From assembly GCA_963665115.1 (NCBI GenBank), contig OY762007.1:352001-416000 (forward strand): 64,000 bases of DNA, read 5' to 3'. Positions 30,105 through 42,038 of this stretch are shown here, in pieces. This DNA is from an uncultured Rivularia sp. (GTDB taxonomy: Bacteria; Cyanobacteriota; Cyanobacteriia; Cyanobacteriales; Nostocaceae). The notes below the pieces were generated by a model that had not been told where the DNA came from, did not search any database, and saw only the letters and a program-made list of their open reading frames with translations. The translations under genes and the position numbers were made by a program. Every line of letters begins with the position of its first letter. The first letter of the stretch is position 1.

Positions 30105-32675
30105 ATGCTAAATTCTAAACTGAAATCAAACCTTCCCCGCAAAAATAAACGAAATCGCCGCAATAAACGTATTTACGATTATCGTCCTTTGCTGATGACA
30201 TTTTTACTTACAGGTAGTAACTGGTTGTCAGCATTGCCATTATTAGCCGCCAGTCCGACACCTGGAACGGTAATTGATAACCAAGCAACTGGTAGTTTTA
30301 CTGACCCAAATGACAATAATAACGAAGTACAAATTGAATCAAACGTAGTTCAAGTAGAAGTTGCTGAAGTTGCGGGTATCACTATTTCCCAATCAGCCGT
30401 CCCAGAAGAAGCCCCCAGTGGTGTTAGCGGTGCGGGAGCTAATCAAGGCAATGGTGATATTAACCCCGATGATATTATTTACTTTACTTATAAAATTACT
30501 AACGTTGGTAACGATCCTACACAATTCTTTATTCCTGACGCACCTTCTTCAGTTAACAATGGTAATCTTAACGGAAATATTCAAATTATTGAATATGACC
30601 CCGATGGTTCTGGTGCAACTGCTGCAACTGATTTAAGTGGTTCTCCTATAACTATTCCCAGTGGTGGAATTAGTACAGGAGATGCTGCTGCTTTAGATTT
30701 ACCTAACGGTTCTATTCCCCCTGAAGGTACAGTAACAATTCGCGTTCCCATCAAAGCTAGTTCCACATTGATTGATGGGGATACAGTAACGGTGGTCATG
30801 GGTGATACTAACCCTGTAGGCGGACAAAACCAAGTTTACGCTGCTGGGACCAATGATGTTTATACCCAAGATAATCCAGATGGGACAACGGGGGAAACCA
30901 ATGGGACTCCAATAAATGGAGACGCTACAAATCATCGACAGGAAGCGAGTTTTAGTCAAGAAGTGACAATCGTGGCAAATCCTAGCGGTCCCGTTGTTAC
31001 TACAAACTTTTGCTCCAGTGCTTACAACATGATTTACTCGGGGCATTTCCCTAATAGGATCGATGCGATTCACGTTGATAGCGGTGCTTCTGTGCCGTTG
31101 ACAACATCAAATGTTGCTGCTAACACTAACAGTCTCGCTAGCGACCATGTTAATAACTTAGTTTACTATGCAGAAAACCAGTCTATTTATGCCTGGAGTC
31201 CAATTACTAATACACATACTGTGATTACAAGTAATATAAAAGGCTTCGCTGGCACTAGCAATATTAGCAGTCTTAGTAGTGGTGGTGCAGCTTTTTATAA
31301 TGGCTCGCTCTACCTGGGTATTGATGAAAATCAACATACTGGTGGTGCTGAAGTGTATAAAGTTGATTTTGTACCTGCTTCCAATGGTCAGACAGTTCAA
31401 AGCGTGACTTCGCTTAATATCGCTAGTTTGATTCCACCTAGCGATTGGGGGGATCTTAGTATTGATAATAATGGTGTAATGTTAGGTGCTACCCCCGGTG
31501 GCTTTTGGACTTATAACCTAAACAACGGTACATACACCTCTCTTTCCAATAACCTTCCAGGAGGCCAGCACCAACTAGCTAAAGATGGCCAAGGTCGCCT
31601 ATGGGCTGTAGTTTACACGCCGAATAAATTCATCTTTCAAGTTCAGGTTGTTGGTAATAGCATTCAACAAGTAGGTCAAACTATTTCTGTAGATCCTCAT
31701 GACACTAATGATGCTGCTGAATGTGTAATTGGTGAGTCTAGTATAGGCGACCGTGTTTGGAATGATGCTAATGAAAATGGCGTGCAAGATGCTGGAGAAG
31801 ATGGTATTGAGAATGTCACAGTTGACTTGTACTGGGACATTAACGGCAATGGTCAAATTGATAATGGTGACGATCCTGTATTAGCAACCCAAACCACAGG
31901 TACTGATGGTAATTATGATTTTCCTGACCTAATTTTTGGTAATTATATTGTTAAAGTTTCCGATACCAATGGAGTGCTTACAAACGCTTCATTGACTAGT
32001 GCGTCCGATACCCACAGCGTAAATTTATTACCTGGCACTGTAGATTATAATGATGCAGACTTTGGTTATAAACTGGCAATTGCCAGCAATCCCGATGTCA
32101 TTCTAGTCAAACGCATCACCGCAATAAACGGCGATCGCGATAAAAACCCCAACGACAATACTCCCTTAAATACCTTTGTCGATGATACAGTTTCTGCTCG
32201 TAAAGATGATGATAACAATCCCAACTGGCTAGATAATTACCTTATTGGTGCCATTGATGCAGGTAAAGTAAAACCCGGTGACGAAATTGAATATACGGTT
32301 TACTTCCTCAATGCTGGAAGTAGCGATGGAGAAAACCTGCGAATATGCGACAGAATTACTCCCGACCAAGATTTTAAATTAAATGCTTACGGTACTGGTA
32401 ACGACTTGCAATTAAAATTAGACAGCAAGGCTGTAATTAATTTAACCAGTGCTTCCGATACTAATGACCGCGCTCAATTAATTCCAACAACTGGTAGTGT
32501 TCCAGCTAACTGTAACCTCAAAGCCACCAACGATAACGGCACATTACAAATTGACATTACAGGTACAGGAAATACCACCCAATCTGATTTAACAACCGTA
32601 CCCGGTTCCACAGGAAAAGGAACACCCGATAATTCCTACGGATTCTTCAGATTTACAACCACCGTCAAACCCTAA
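30105..32675 (+). CDS. Adhesin B: donor hairpin, Ig domain, propeller, SdrD-B, truncated DUF11
   Basis: Start by homology to 32868; PGTVIDNQATGSFTD..ESNVVQVEVAEVAGI; 3' part near-identical to adhesin A. Confidence 0.8.
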   Translation: MLNSKLKSNLPRKNKRNRRNKRIYDYRPLLMTFLLTGSNWLSALPLLAASPTPGTVIDNQATGSFTDPNDNNNEVQIESNVVQVEVAEVAGITISQSAVPEEAPSGVSGAGANQGNGDINPDDIIYFTYKITNVGNDPTQFFIPDAPSSVNNGNLNGNIQIIEYDPDGSGATAATDLSGSPITIPSGGISTGDAAALDLPNGSIPPEGTVTIRVPIKASSTLIDGDTVTVVMGDTNPVGGQNQVYAAGTNDVYTQDNPDGTTGETNGTPINGDATNHRQEASFSQEVTIVANPSGPVVTTNFCSSAYNMIYSGHFPNRIDAIHVDSGASVPLTTSNVAANTNSLASDHVNNLVYYAENQSIYAWSPITNTHTVITSNIKGFAGTSNISSLSSGGAAFYNGSLYLGIDENQHTGGAEVYKVDFVPASNGQTVQSVTSLNIASLIPPSDWGDLSIDNNGVMLGATPGGFWTYNLNNGTYTSLSNNLPGGQHQLAKDGQGRLWAVVYTPNKFIFQVQVVGNSIQQVGQTISVDPHDTNDAAECVIGESSIGDRVWNDANENGVQDAGEDGIENVTVDLYWDINGNGQIDNGDDPVLATQTTGTDGNYDFPDLIFGNYIVKVSDTNGVLTNASLTSASDTHSVNLLPGTVDYNDADFGYKLAIASNPDVILVKRITAINGDRDKNPNDNTPLNTFVDDTVSARKDDDNNPNWLDNYLIGAIDAGKVKPGDEIEYTVYFLNAGSSDGENLRICDRITPDQDFKLNAYGTGNDLQLKLDSKAVINLTSASDTNDRAQLIPTTGSVPANCNLKATNDNGTLQIDITGTGNTTQSDLTTVPGSTGKGTPDNSYGFFRFTTTVKP

Positions 32676-32687
32676 CCCACAACTAAT

Positions 32688-32833
32688 GTAGAGACGGGGC
32701 GCAATGCGCCCCGTCTCCCCGCAATGCGAACACAACACAAACAACCCCAGTACCCCAGCCACCCAAACAACCTCAGCCGATAGATCCTAATCACAACCCT
32801 ATATACGGAGACGTAGCAGTGCTACATCTCTAC
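32688..32833. repeat. REPIN-like inverted REP pair between adhesins B and C
   Basis: GTAGAGACGGGGCGCAATGCGCCCCGTCTC ... GAGACGTAGCAGTGCTACATCTCTAC. Confidence 0.75.
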
Positions 32834-32867
32834 AAAAAAATTATTTTAAATATTAAACAAAACACCT

Positions 32868-35800
32868 ATGCTAAATCCTAAATTTAAACCTAACCTACAG
32901 CGCAAGAAACGTATTTACGATTATCGTCCTTTGCTGATGACGTTTTTACTTACAGGTAGTAACTGGTTGTCAGCATTGCCATTGTTAGCCGCTAATTCGA
33001 CACCTGGAACCGTAATTGATAACCAAGCTACTGGTAGTTTCACTGACCCAAACGATAGTAATAACGAAGTACAAATTGAATCAAACGTAGTTCAAGTAGA
33101 AGTTGCTGAAGTTGCGGGTATCACTATTTCCCAATCAGCAATCCCAGAAGAAGCCCCCAGCGGTGTCACTGATGCGGGAGCTAATCAAGGCAATGGTGAT
33201 ATTAATCCCGATGACGTTATTTACTTTACATATAAAATTACTAACGTCGGTAACGACCCTACACAATTCTTTATTCCCGATGCTCCTTCTTCAGTTAATA
33301 ACGGTAGTTTAAACGGAAATATTCAAATTATTGAATATGACCCCGATGGTGCTTCAGCAGTAGATTTAACTAGTGATAATATTACTGTTCCCAGCAACGG
33401 TGATACTACTGGAAGTTTATTAAATGGAGTTGCTAATACTAATGATGGTTCTGTTCCTGTGGGGGGTAGTATTACTATTCGCGTTCCCATTAAAGCTGAT
33501 TCCAACTTAAGTGATGGGGATACGGTAACTGTAATCATGGGTGATACGGGAAGCAATGATAATTCCGCAGCAACGCAAAACCAAGTTTACGCTGTGGGTA
33601 CTAATGATGTTTACACAGAAGATAATCCAAACGGGACAACGGGGGAAACTGATGGGACTCCAATAAATGGAGACGCTACGAATAATCGTCAGGAAGCTAG
33701 TTTCAGTCAGGATGTGACGGTGAGTGCTATTAACACAAACCCATTTTCCTGTGCCAGAGCGTTTTATCAAGTTATTGACAACCAACTCAAAAAACTAGAT
33801 CCACTCACAGGTAATTATCTCAATATAGGTAGTCCGGCACCCGGTCACTACAATGCCGCAGCATATAACTCAATTGACAATTTCATCTACGGCTATGGTC
33901 GTGAGGGTTCGATTGCAGGTCACTTGGTCAAAATTAGCCAAGATGGTGCCTTACAAGACTTGGGAGCGCCGACAAAAATTAAAGGGGTTGGCTCTCTCGA
34001 GAGTGCCCATTCGGGCGATTTTGATAATAGCGGCAATTTGTGGCTGCGTTCGAGTGCTTCGGGAGCGTTTATTTATCGCCTCAATGTCCAAACTAATGAG
34101 TATGAAGGGTTTGCGTTCAGCCAAGATATTGGAAACGTAGCCGACCTTGTGTATATTAACGGCAAGCTATACGGTGCCCAATCTAACAAGCTTTACATTA
34201 TTGACATTACTAATCCGGTTTCTGGCACCACGCTATCAGTGACAACCGCAACTGTTTCTGGATTACCTGCAAGTACTGGTAATCCTAGTTTCTATGGTGC
34301 TGCCTACACAGATATCGCAGACAATTTATATGTTTCTCGTAACACCAACGGCGCGGGCAGTGGAGAACTGTATCAAGTTATTGGCTACGATACGGGAACG
34401 CCCAAGGCGGTCAAACTGGTGGATACTCAGACGACTAACAAAAACGATGGCATGAGCTGCCCGAATGCACTACCACCACTTGACTTGGACTTAGGCGATG
34501 CGCCAGATTCCGGTGCAGGTACAGGAAGCAACAACTACAATACACTTGCGATTGATGAGGGTCCTTTACATATTATTAATAGCAATATTTACTTAGGTAG
34601 TGCTGTGACTGCTGATACTGATGGATTTGGTGACGGCACTGATAATAACGGCGATGCTAGCGATGATGCCAATGATGATGGCGTGCAGTTGAGCAGTGCT
34701 TCCCTGCAAGGTCAGAGTTTGACCGCAGGTCAAACAGTAAACCTAGATATTACAACCGCAGGAAGTGGTAAACTAAGCGTCTGGTTTGACTGGAACCAAG
34801 ACGGTGATTTCGACGATGCTGACGAGAAAGTAGCTACGGATATTGCACCAAGTAGCAATGCAATTTCTCTACCCGTAAACGTACCAGCAACAGCTACCGA
34901 AGGAACTACTTACGCTCGCTTCCGTTATAGTTCGCAAGATGGACTTACACCGACAGGTACAGCCAGCGATGGGGAAGTGGAAGATTATCAAGTTGAAATT
35001 GCAGCAGCACCAACAGTCTTTGACTACGGTGACGCACCGAATGATTTATCTTCAATTGACGGTGATTTAAGTTCCGCTTACCCCACCCTAGATGCGGAAA
35101 ATGGAGCCAAGCATACAATTGACGGTAGTACTTTCCTCGGCTCAGGTGTCAATAACGAAAGCGACGGACAACCCACTTTAAATGCTGACGGTGATACCGA
35201 TGATGGTGTTACCTTCCCCACTCTTGGTAGTAATACCGCATTAGTAGTTGGTCAAAACAACACTATTACTGTGGAAGCTTCCAAAACTGGCGTACTCAAT
35301 GCTTGGGTTGACTGGAACCAAGATGGTGACTGGGACGATCCAGGAGAACAAATCGCTACCAACGAGGCTCTTAGTGCTGGCTCAAATACACTTAACGTTA
35401 ATCCAGGCACAACTACTCCTCATGGTGCTACTTACGCCCGCTTCCGGTTTAGCAGCCAATCTAATTTATCGCCAACGGGAGCAGCCAGCGACGGTGAAGT
35501 GGAAGACTATAAAGTGAACGTTGTTATCCCAGAAATTACTGCTTGTTTAGCACCATTACTGAATGGTGGTTTCGAGTCACCCGCAGTTAATGGCTCAACA
35601 CCAACTCCATTAGAAGTTTTTCAATCAGGACGAATTGTTGCTTATCGAGAATCAGAAGTTGATGCTTGGGCTTATATTTCCAGCAATCCTAATAGTTCAA
35701 AATCAGATCGTTCACCAACTGGTTTTGAACAACGTAACGCCATTGAATTGTGGAGAACTGGCAACTTATTGAATGTACCACCTCACGAAGGTAATCAGTT

Positions 35801-37148
35801 TGCAGAAATTAATGCTTATATTCTTGGTAACTTGCATCAAGATATTATCACCACACCAGGCGTTGTCATGCGATGGCAGTTTGCTCACCGTGGACGCACA
35901 GGTAATGATACTATCCGAATTAAAATCGGAGCACCAGGAGCAACGGTTAACCAAGGAGAATTTACTACAGGCAACACTGAGTGGAAAGTTTATAGTGGTA
36001 CCTATACCGTTCCCGTCGGTCAAACAATTACACGTTTTGAGTTTGAAGCCGTTAGTACAGCCAATGGTGATGCTAGTACAGGTAACTTTATTGATGATAT
36101 CCGTTTCGGCGTAGACTGTAACAACAGCATTAACGGTACGGTTTTCCAAGATTACGGAACAACCACCGATAGCAATACCGGAAATGATGTCCTAGATGTA
36201 GATGAAAGCGGTATCCAAGATGTTGGTATTAGCCTTTATCAAGATGGTGGTGACGGTGTCTTTGGTGATGGAAACGGCAATCCAGGGGGCGATGATACAG
36301 TTGTCGGTAGCCCAGTAGATACCGATAGCGACGGTAACTACAACTTTACAGGACTTATAGCTGGCAACTACTGGGTTGATGTAGATACAGATGATGAGGA
36401 CTTAAAGGGTCGTGCTTATGGTGGTGGTGATGCAGATGCAACTCAGACCGATCCACGTTTGGTTACAATAGTCCCAGGTAACGACCAAACCGTAAACTTC
36501 CCTTTCAATGCCAACAACCCTAATGTTTTATTAATCAAACGCATTACCAAAATCAACGACGGTACCACTACCAACGACGGTGATAACCTCTCAGTTTACA
36601 ACCAAGATAGCTCCAATCCTTACGACGATAATGAATTAGACAATCCCGCACCCGACCCAATCGACACTGACAAATGGCTTGATACCACCTCAGACACAAG
36701 CAGTACCTTCCTCATCGGCGGAATTAACGGTGGTACAGTAAAACCCGATGACGAACTAGAATACACAATTTACTACCTCTCAGCAGGTGACACCGAAGCA
36801 GAAAACGTATTATTTTGCGATCGCGTTCCTGAAAATGTTTCTTTTATCCCCACCAGCTTTAACGGTGAAGCAAATAAAGCAACGGGAGGATTACAAAACG
36901 CGGATAGGGGTATTCAATGGTTAAAAGACGGTAATACAGAATCTTTAACCAATGTCCAAGATGGAGACGTAGCTCAATACTTCCCCCCTGGTGTTGAACC
37001 TTCTACGCTTTATCCAAAAATCAAGTGTGATGGTACAAATACGAATGGTGCGGTTGTCGTGAATTTAGGTAACTTACCTAATGCTACCGCTCCAGGTACG
37101 CCAAATACTTCTTATGGATTTGTTCGTTTCCGAGGAAAGGTGAAGTAG
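32868..37148 (+). CDS. Adhesin C: donor hairpin, Ig, propeller, two GEVED domains, lectin-like domain, SdrD-B, truncated DUF11
   Basis: FSC..NDGMSC; two DGEVEDY; NGGFESP..GNFIDDI; LIKRIT..YGFVRFRGKVK*. Confidence 0.82.
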   Translation: MLNPKFKPNLQRKKRIYDYRPLLMTFLLTGSNWLSALPLLAANSTPGTVIDNQATGSFTDPNDSNNEVQIESNVVQVEVAEVAGITISQSAIPEEAPSGVTDAGANQGNGDINPDDVIYFTYKITNVGNDPTQFFIPDAPSSVNNGSLNGNIQIIEYDPDGASAVDLTSDNITVPSNGDTTGSLLNGVANTNDGSVPVGGSITIRVPIKADSNLSDGDTVTVIMGDTGSNDNSAATQNQVYAVGTNDVYTEDNPNGTTGETDGTPINGDATNNRQEASFSQDVTVSAINTNPFSCARAFYQVIDNQLKKLDPLTGNYLNIGSPAPGHYNAAAYNSIDNFIYGYGREGSIAGHLVKISQDGALQDLGAPTKIKGVGSLESAHSGDFDNSGNLWLRSSASGAFIYRLNVQTNEYEGFAFSQDIGNVADLVYINGKLYGAQSNKLYIIDITNPVSGTTLSVTTATVSGLPASTGNPSFYGAAYTDIADNLYVSRNTNGAGSGELYQVIGYDTGTPKAVKLVDTQTTNKNDGMSCPNALPPLDLDLGDAPDSGAGTGSNNYNTLAIDEGPLHIINSNIYLGSAVTADTDGFGDGTDNNGDASDDANDDGVQLSSASLQGQSLTAGQTVNLDITTAGSGKLSVWFDWNQDGDFDDADEKVATDIAPSSNAISLPVNVPATATEGTTYARFRYSSQDGLTPTGTASDGEVEDYQVEIAAAPTVFDYGDAPNDLSSIDGDLSSAYPTLDAENGAKHTIDGSTFLGSGVNNESDGQPTLNADGDTDDGVTFPTLGSNTALVVGQNNTITVEASKTGVLNAWVDWNQDGDWDDPGEQIATNEALSAGSNTLNVNPGTTTPHGATYARFRFSSQSNLSPTGAASDGEVEDYKVNVVIPEITACLAPLLNGGFESPAVNGSTPTPLEVFQSGRIVAYRESEVDAWAYISSNPNSSKSDRSPTGFEQRNAIELWRTGNLLNVPPHEGNQFAEINAYILGNLHQDIITTPGVVMRWQFAHRGRTGNDTIRIKIGAPGATVNQGEFTTGNTEWKVYSGTYTVPVGQTITRFEFEAVSTANGDASTGNFIDDIRFGVDCNNSINGTVFQDYGTTTDSNTGNDVLDVDESGIQDVGISLYQDGGDGVFGDGNGNPGGDDTVVGSPVDTDSDGNYNFTGLIAGNYWVDVDTDDEDLKGRAYGGGDADATQTDPRLVTIVPGNDQTVNFPFNANNPNVLLIKRITKINDGTTTNDGDNLSVYNQDSSNPYDDNELDNPAPDPIDTDKWLDTTSDTSSTFLIGGINGGTVKPDDELEYTIYYLSAGDTEAENVLFCDRVPENVSFIPTSFNGEANKATGGLQNADRGIQWLKDGNTESLTNVQDGDVAQYFPPGVEPSTLYPKIKCDGTNTNGAVVVNLGNLPNATAPGTPNTSYGFVRFRGKVK

Positions 37149-37359
37149 ACAATGCTGCAACGTGTTTTATCCTATTACCCAAGACGTAGCATTGCTACGT
37201 CTCTACACTGTTTTTCGATTTACCCTCGAAGATAAAAATAACTGTTCCCTATTCCCTTTTGCTAATTAGAATTTTTAACGCTAATCTACTTATGATTTAT
37301 ATTTAATGGTTTTCAGGGGTTGCTACCAAAATCAAACCATTTTATAGTCAATCATCAAA

Positions 37360-39992
37360 GTGAAAAATCTTTACCAACAAATTAAATCGAATCATATTCG
37401 ATACCAGAAAAAGACTCGTAATTTCACTTCTCTTACTTATCACTTAAAAGTATTTCTAGCTCTGGCAATATTCACAACCAGTCCTTTTTATTGGCTGTTA
37501 CCCACCCTTGCCAATACTGCACCGGGAACCACAATTAATAACACTGCTACAGGTTCCTTTGAAGATTCAAACAACCCTGGTACTGTAACAAGCATTGAAT
37601 CTAATACGGTTTCGGTCACAGTTGCCGAAGTTGCGGGTATTACTATTACTCAATCTGCAATCCCAGAAGAAGCCCCCAGCGGTGTCACTGATGCGGGAGC
37701 TAATCAAGATAATGGTGAAATAAACCCAGACGATATTATTTACTTTACTTATAAAATTACTAACGTCGGTAACGACCCCCACACAATTTTTTATTCCTGA
37801 CGCACCTAGTAATATTACCAACGGTAGCTTAAGCGGAGATATTCAAATTATTGAATATGACCCCGATGGTGCTTCGGCAGTAGATTTAACTAGTAATAAT
37901 ATTACAGTTCCTAATAATGGAGCTACCACGGGAACCTTATTAAATGGGGTTGCTAATAGTAATGATGGTTCTGTTCCGGTTGGGGGTAGTATTACAATTC
38001 GCGTTCCCGTTAAAGCTGATTCAAATTCAGCTGATGGGGATAATGTAACTGTAATCATGGGTGATACGGGAAGTAATGATAATTCCGCAGCAACGCAAAA
38101 CCAAGTTTACGCTGTGGGTACTAATGATGTTTATACCCAAGATAATTCAGATGGGACAACGGGGGAAACCAATGGTAATCCAGTTAATGGGGATGCAACC
38201 AATCATCGACAGGAAGCGAGTTTTAGTCAAGAAGTGACAATCGTGGCAAATCCTAGCGGTCCCGTTGTTACTACAAACTTTTGCTCCAGTGCTTACAACA
38301 TGATTTACTCGGGGCATTTCCCTAATAGGATCGATGCGATTCACGTTGATAGCGGTGCTTCTGTGCCGTTGACAACATCAAATATTGCTGCTAACACTAA
38401 CAGTCTCGCTAGCGACCATATTAATAACTTAGTTTACTATGCAGAAAACCAGTCTATTTATGCCTGGAGTCCAATTACTAATACACATACTGTGATTACA
38501 AGTAATATAAAAGGCTTCGCTGGCACTAGCAATATTAGCAGTCTTAGTAGTGGTGGTGCAGCTTTTTATAATGGCTCGCTCTACCTGGGTATTGATGAAA
38601 ATCAACATACTGGTGGTGCTGAAGTTTACAAAGTTGATTTTGTACCTGGTTCCAATGGTCAGACAGTTCAAAGCGTGACTTCGCTTAATATCGCTAGTTT
38701 GATTCCACCTAGCGATTGGGGGGATCTTAGTATTGATAATAATGGTGTAATATTAAGTGCTACCCCCGATGGCTTTTGGACTTATAACCTAAACAACGGT
38801 ACATACACCTCTCTTTCGAGTAACCTTCCAGGAGGTCAGCACCAACTAGCTAAAGATGGCCAAGGTCGCCTATGGGCTGTAGTTTACACGCCGACTAAAT
38901 TCATCTTTCAAGTTCAGGTTGTTGGTAATAGCATTCAACAAGTAGGTCAAACTATTTCTGTAGATCCTCATGACACTAATGATGCTGCTGAATGTGTAAT
39001 TGGTGAGTCTAGTATAGGCGACCGTGTTTGGAATGATGCTAATGAAAATGGCGTGCAAGATGCTGGAGAAGATGGTATTGAGAATGTCACAGTTGACTTG
39101 TACTGGGACATTAACGGCAATGGTCAAATTGATAATGGTGACGATCCTGTATTAGCAACCCAAACCACAGGTACTGATGGTAATTATGATTTTCCTGACC
39201 TAATTTTTGGTAATTATATTGTTAAAGTTTCCGATACCAATGGAGTGCTTACAAACGCTTCATTGACTAGTGCGTCCGATACCCACAGCGTAAATTTATT
39301 ACCTGGCACTGTAGATTATAATGATGCAGACTTTGGTTATAAACTGGCAATTGCCAGCAATCCCGATGTCATTCTAGTCAAACGCATCACCAAGATTAAC
39401 GATAGTACTACTACTAATAATGGTGATAACCTCTTAATTTACAATCAAGAAGAATCTAACCCCTACGACGATAATAAATTAGACAATCCCGCACCCGACC
39501 CCAATCGACACTGACAAATGGCTTGATACCACCTCAGACACAAGCAGTACCTTCCTCATCGGCGGAATTAACGGTGGTACAGTAAAACCCGATGACGAAC
39601 TAGAATATACTATTTACTACCTCTCAGCAGGTGACACCGAAGCAGAAAACGTATTATTTTGCGATCGCGTTCCTGAAAATGTTTCTTTTATCCCCACCAG
39701 CTTTAACGGTGAAGCAAATAAAGCAACGGGAGGATTACAAAACGCGGATAGGGGTATTCAATGGTTAAAAGACGGTAATACAGAATCTTTAACCAATGTC
39801 CAAGATGGAGACGTAGCTCAATACTTCCCCCCTGGTGTTGAACCTTCTACGCTTTATCCCAAAATCAAGTGTGATGGTACAAATACGAATGGTGCGGTTG
39901 TCGTGAATTTAGGTAACTTACCTAATGCTACCGCTCCAGGTACACCAAATACTTCTTATGGATTTGTTCGTTTCCGAGGAAGAGTAAAGTAG
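37360..39992 (+). CDS. Adhesin D, mosaic of B and C modules (apparent +1 frameshifts at 37776-37780 and 39499-39502)
   Basis: Comparison with paralogue C shows one extra C at each site; ends YGFVRFRGRVK*. Confidence 0.75.
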
Positions 39993-40019
39993 TTTGTGAA
40001 AACTTAAGAAACATAATAT

Positions 40020-40445
40020 AAAGACGTAGCAATAGTCCGCCACATTAATTATGAGGGGTAACACATTCGTAGTGGGAGCGTCTCGCTCCCTCGTGACAAG
40101 CAGCGAGCTTTCCGGCTCGCACTCCCGAAACCCCGTAGAATTATCGTGGTTGGGTAATGCTACGTCTTTACTTTGTCAGAATCTACGCAATTGTCACAAT
40201 AACCTACTGGTGCGTGACACTAAAAACCTGATTACTAGATTAAAAATTAGTCAAAGTGTTACAGCAAAGGCAATAAATGGGGATATTATCTACACCCGGA
40301 CACTTGCTACAAGTCGGGGAACCCCTCCGGGTTCAACACTTTGCTTATGTCGGGGAAGCCGTCCACCGCAACTGTGTCACCGCCCAACGCAGTGTCCTCC
40401 CTTTTTGCCTCCTCTATAAGAAAAATGTCAAGTTGCGTAAGTTCT
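40020..40445. repeat. Nested repeat cluster: split REP, MITE and SDR-type hairpins
   Basis: AAGACGTAGCAAT (to 40033) and AATGCTACGTCTTTAC (40156-40171) separated by a copy of the 7903 element; nested hairpins at 40300-40400. Confidence 0.65.
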
Positions 40446-41473
40446 ATTTGTTTTGGGCAAATGTATCACTATTTCCATGTCTAAGCATTCTATGTATCAA
40501 AAAAAAATATACAACTATACAAAATAGTAATGTTATTTTTGCTGAAATATGGAGCGCATTGATTATAGGAAGTACATCATTTCAAGTATTCAATAAAGGC
40601 TACAAAGCTTTTAATAAAAGTATTTCAGAGGGTATGCTATTTGTCTGATCTTGCTGTAAAATTGTTACATATACAAGTTTTGATAAACTTTATTACTTAC
40701 GTATAAACACTGTAGTAATACTAAAAAAATACAGGTATTCTTAATAAAGAGGCTTGATAATTGCTTGATACTTAACAGTCAGTAGCTTAATGATTTAGGT
40801 ACTAAAACCGCGTGTCACAAAGCTGAAATATTTTTTGGTTCGACTTTCTGGGTTATCTTCCCTGATTGTGAGGAGGCGCATTCCTCACTTAGAGTCAAGA
40901 AATTTTGCTAATTGCGGTAAGTCTGAATTGATTGAGTTTTTTGCTTGCTATGCTATCAGTGATTGATTTAGCAGGAAATGGTTAGACTAACTCTTTTCTG
41001 ACGGCTATTTGAGTTCTATTTTGTTCCCTATTTTTTCGTTCCCTATTCGCATCAATTTAATAATAAAACAATCCTATGAAGTAGGATTTGAACGCTGATT
41101 TCTTGGAGAAAAATATCTGAAAAATTATCTAAAGTTGCTTGGTTAAGCTGATGTGCAGCTAAATTATATAATGCGTTAGCGCAGCGTGTCCGCGAGGACA
41201 TGCATCTTGCAAGAAGGGTATTATACAAATTAAGTGCGTAACGGCTTAGTATGGGAATCCTCGGCAGAATTTTGTTCGTGCAGCGTGCCTGGAGGACATA
41301 AAATATACAGGCTGCTGTTAGCGAAGCATAACGTTATGTAGCATTCATTCTTTGGTGCGGTTCACCACAACCTTGTGATGCTTATTTATATTCGGTGACT
41401 TGTATTGTAATTCAAACTCGATTACCCTAATATCTATCCTCTCGAAGCTGTTTTGGAACGTTAAATATTAAGT

Positions 41474-42037
41474 GTGAATTTATCAAAGAATAACAATTTA
41501 TTTCATGCAGTACGATATTGCAAACGGTGCTGTAGTTATAATTCCTGTATTCAAGATATAAATCAACCTAATCTTGTCTACATAATTAGATTATTATTGA
41601 TAGTCATAGCAATTTTGCTGATGCGCTCGACTATGGCGAATTGGTCAATTTTTGTGATGTCGATAATACTAACTTTAGAAATTTTAAACAAGCTGTTATA
41701 CAGAAGATTACCTCGCAGAATTGATTTAAATCGGATTGAGTATTACTTAGTAAAATTTACAAATATTACCCAAGTTATTAGTCTTGAACTGTATTATGTT
41801 ACGCCCAAAATCAAAATCCTTCACGTTGGCTTAAAGGTTGCTATAGAGGATATAGAAGCAGGGGAATGCCTAAGAAAACAAATTAAATCCGATCTATGGC
41901 AAAAGTTTGGTGTAACTGAAACTTTAATTGATATGACAGAATTTATTTTAGGTAAACCATACAATCTAGATTCTATACAGCTAGAATTCCAAACACAGTT
42001 AAATTTCAAAAGACAAGCATCGATTGACCGGAATTGA
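41474..42037 (+). CDS. Hypothetical membrane protein; C-terminus weakly resembles a cation-efflux cytoplasmic domain
   Basis: Two hydrophobic helices; HVGLKV..LWQKFGVTETLID. Confidence 0.4.
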   Translation: MNLSKNNNLFHAVRYCKRCCSYNSCIQDINQPNLVYIIRLLLIVIAILLMRSTMANWSIFVMSIILTLEILNKLLYRRLPRRIDLNRIEYYLVKFTNITQVISLELYYVTPKIKILHVGLKVAIEDIEAGECLRKQIKSDLWQKFGVTETLIDMTEFILGKPYNLDSIQLEFQTQLNFKRQASIDRN

Positions 42038-42038
42038 A

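Noticed and set aside
28265..39390. Diversity-generating retroelement template/variable repeats
   Set aside because: No reverse transcriptase in the window; repeats are ~1.1 kb and differences do not look adenine-specific.
40051..40648. ORFs 40051-40419 and 40277-40648
   Set aside because: They overlap nested repeat elements and have no recognisable protein features.
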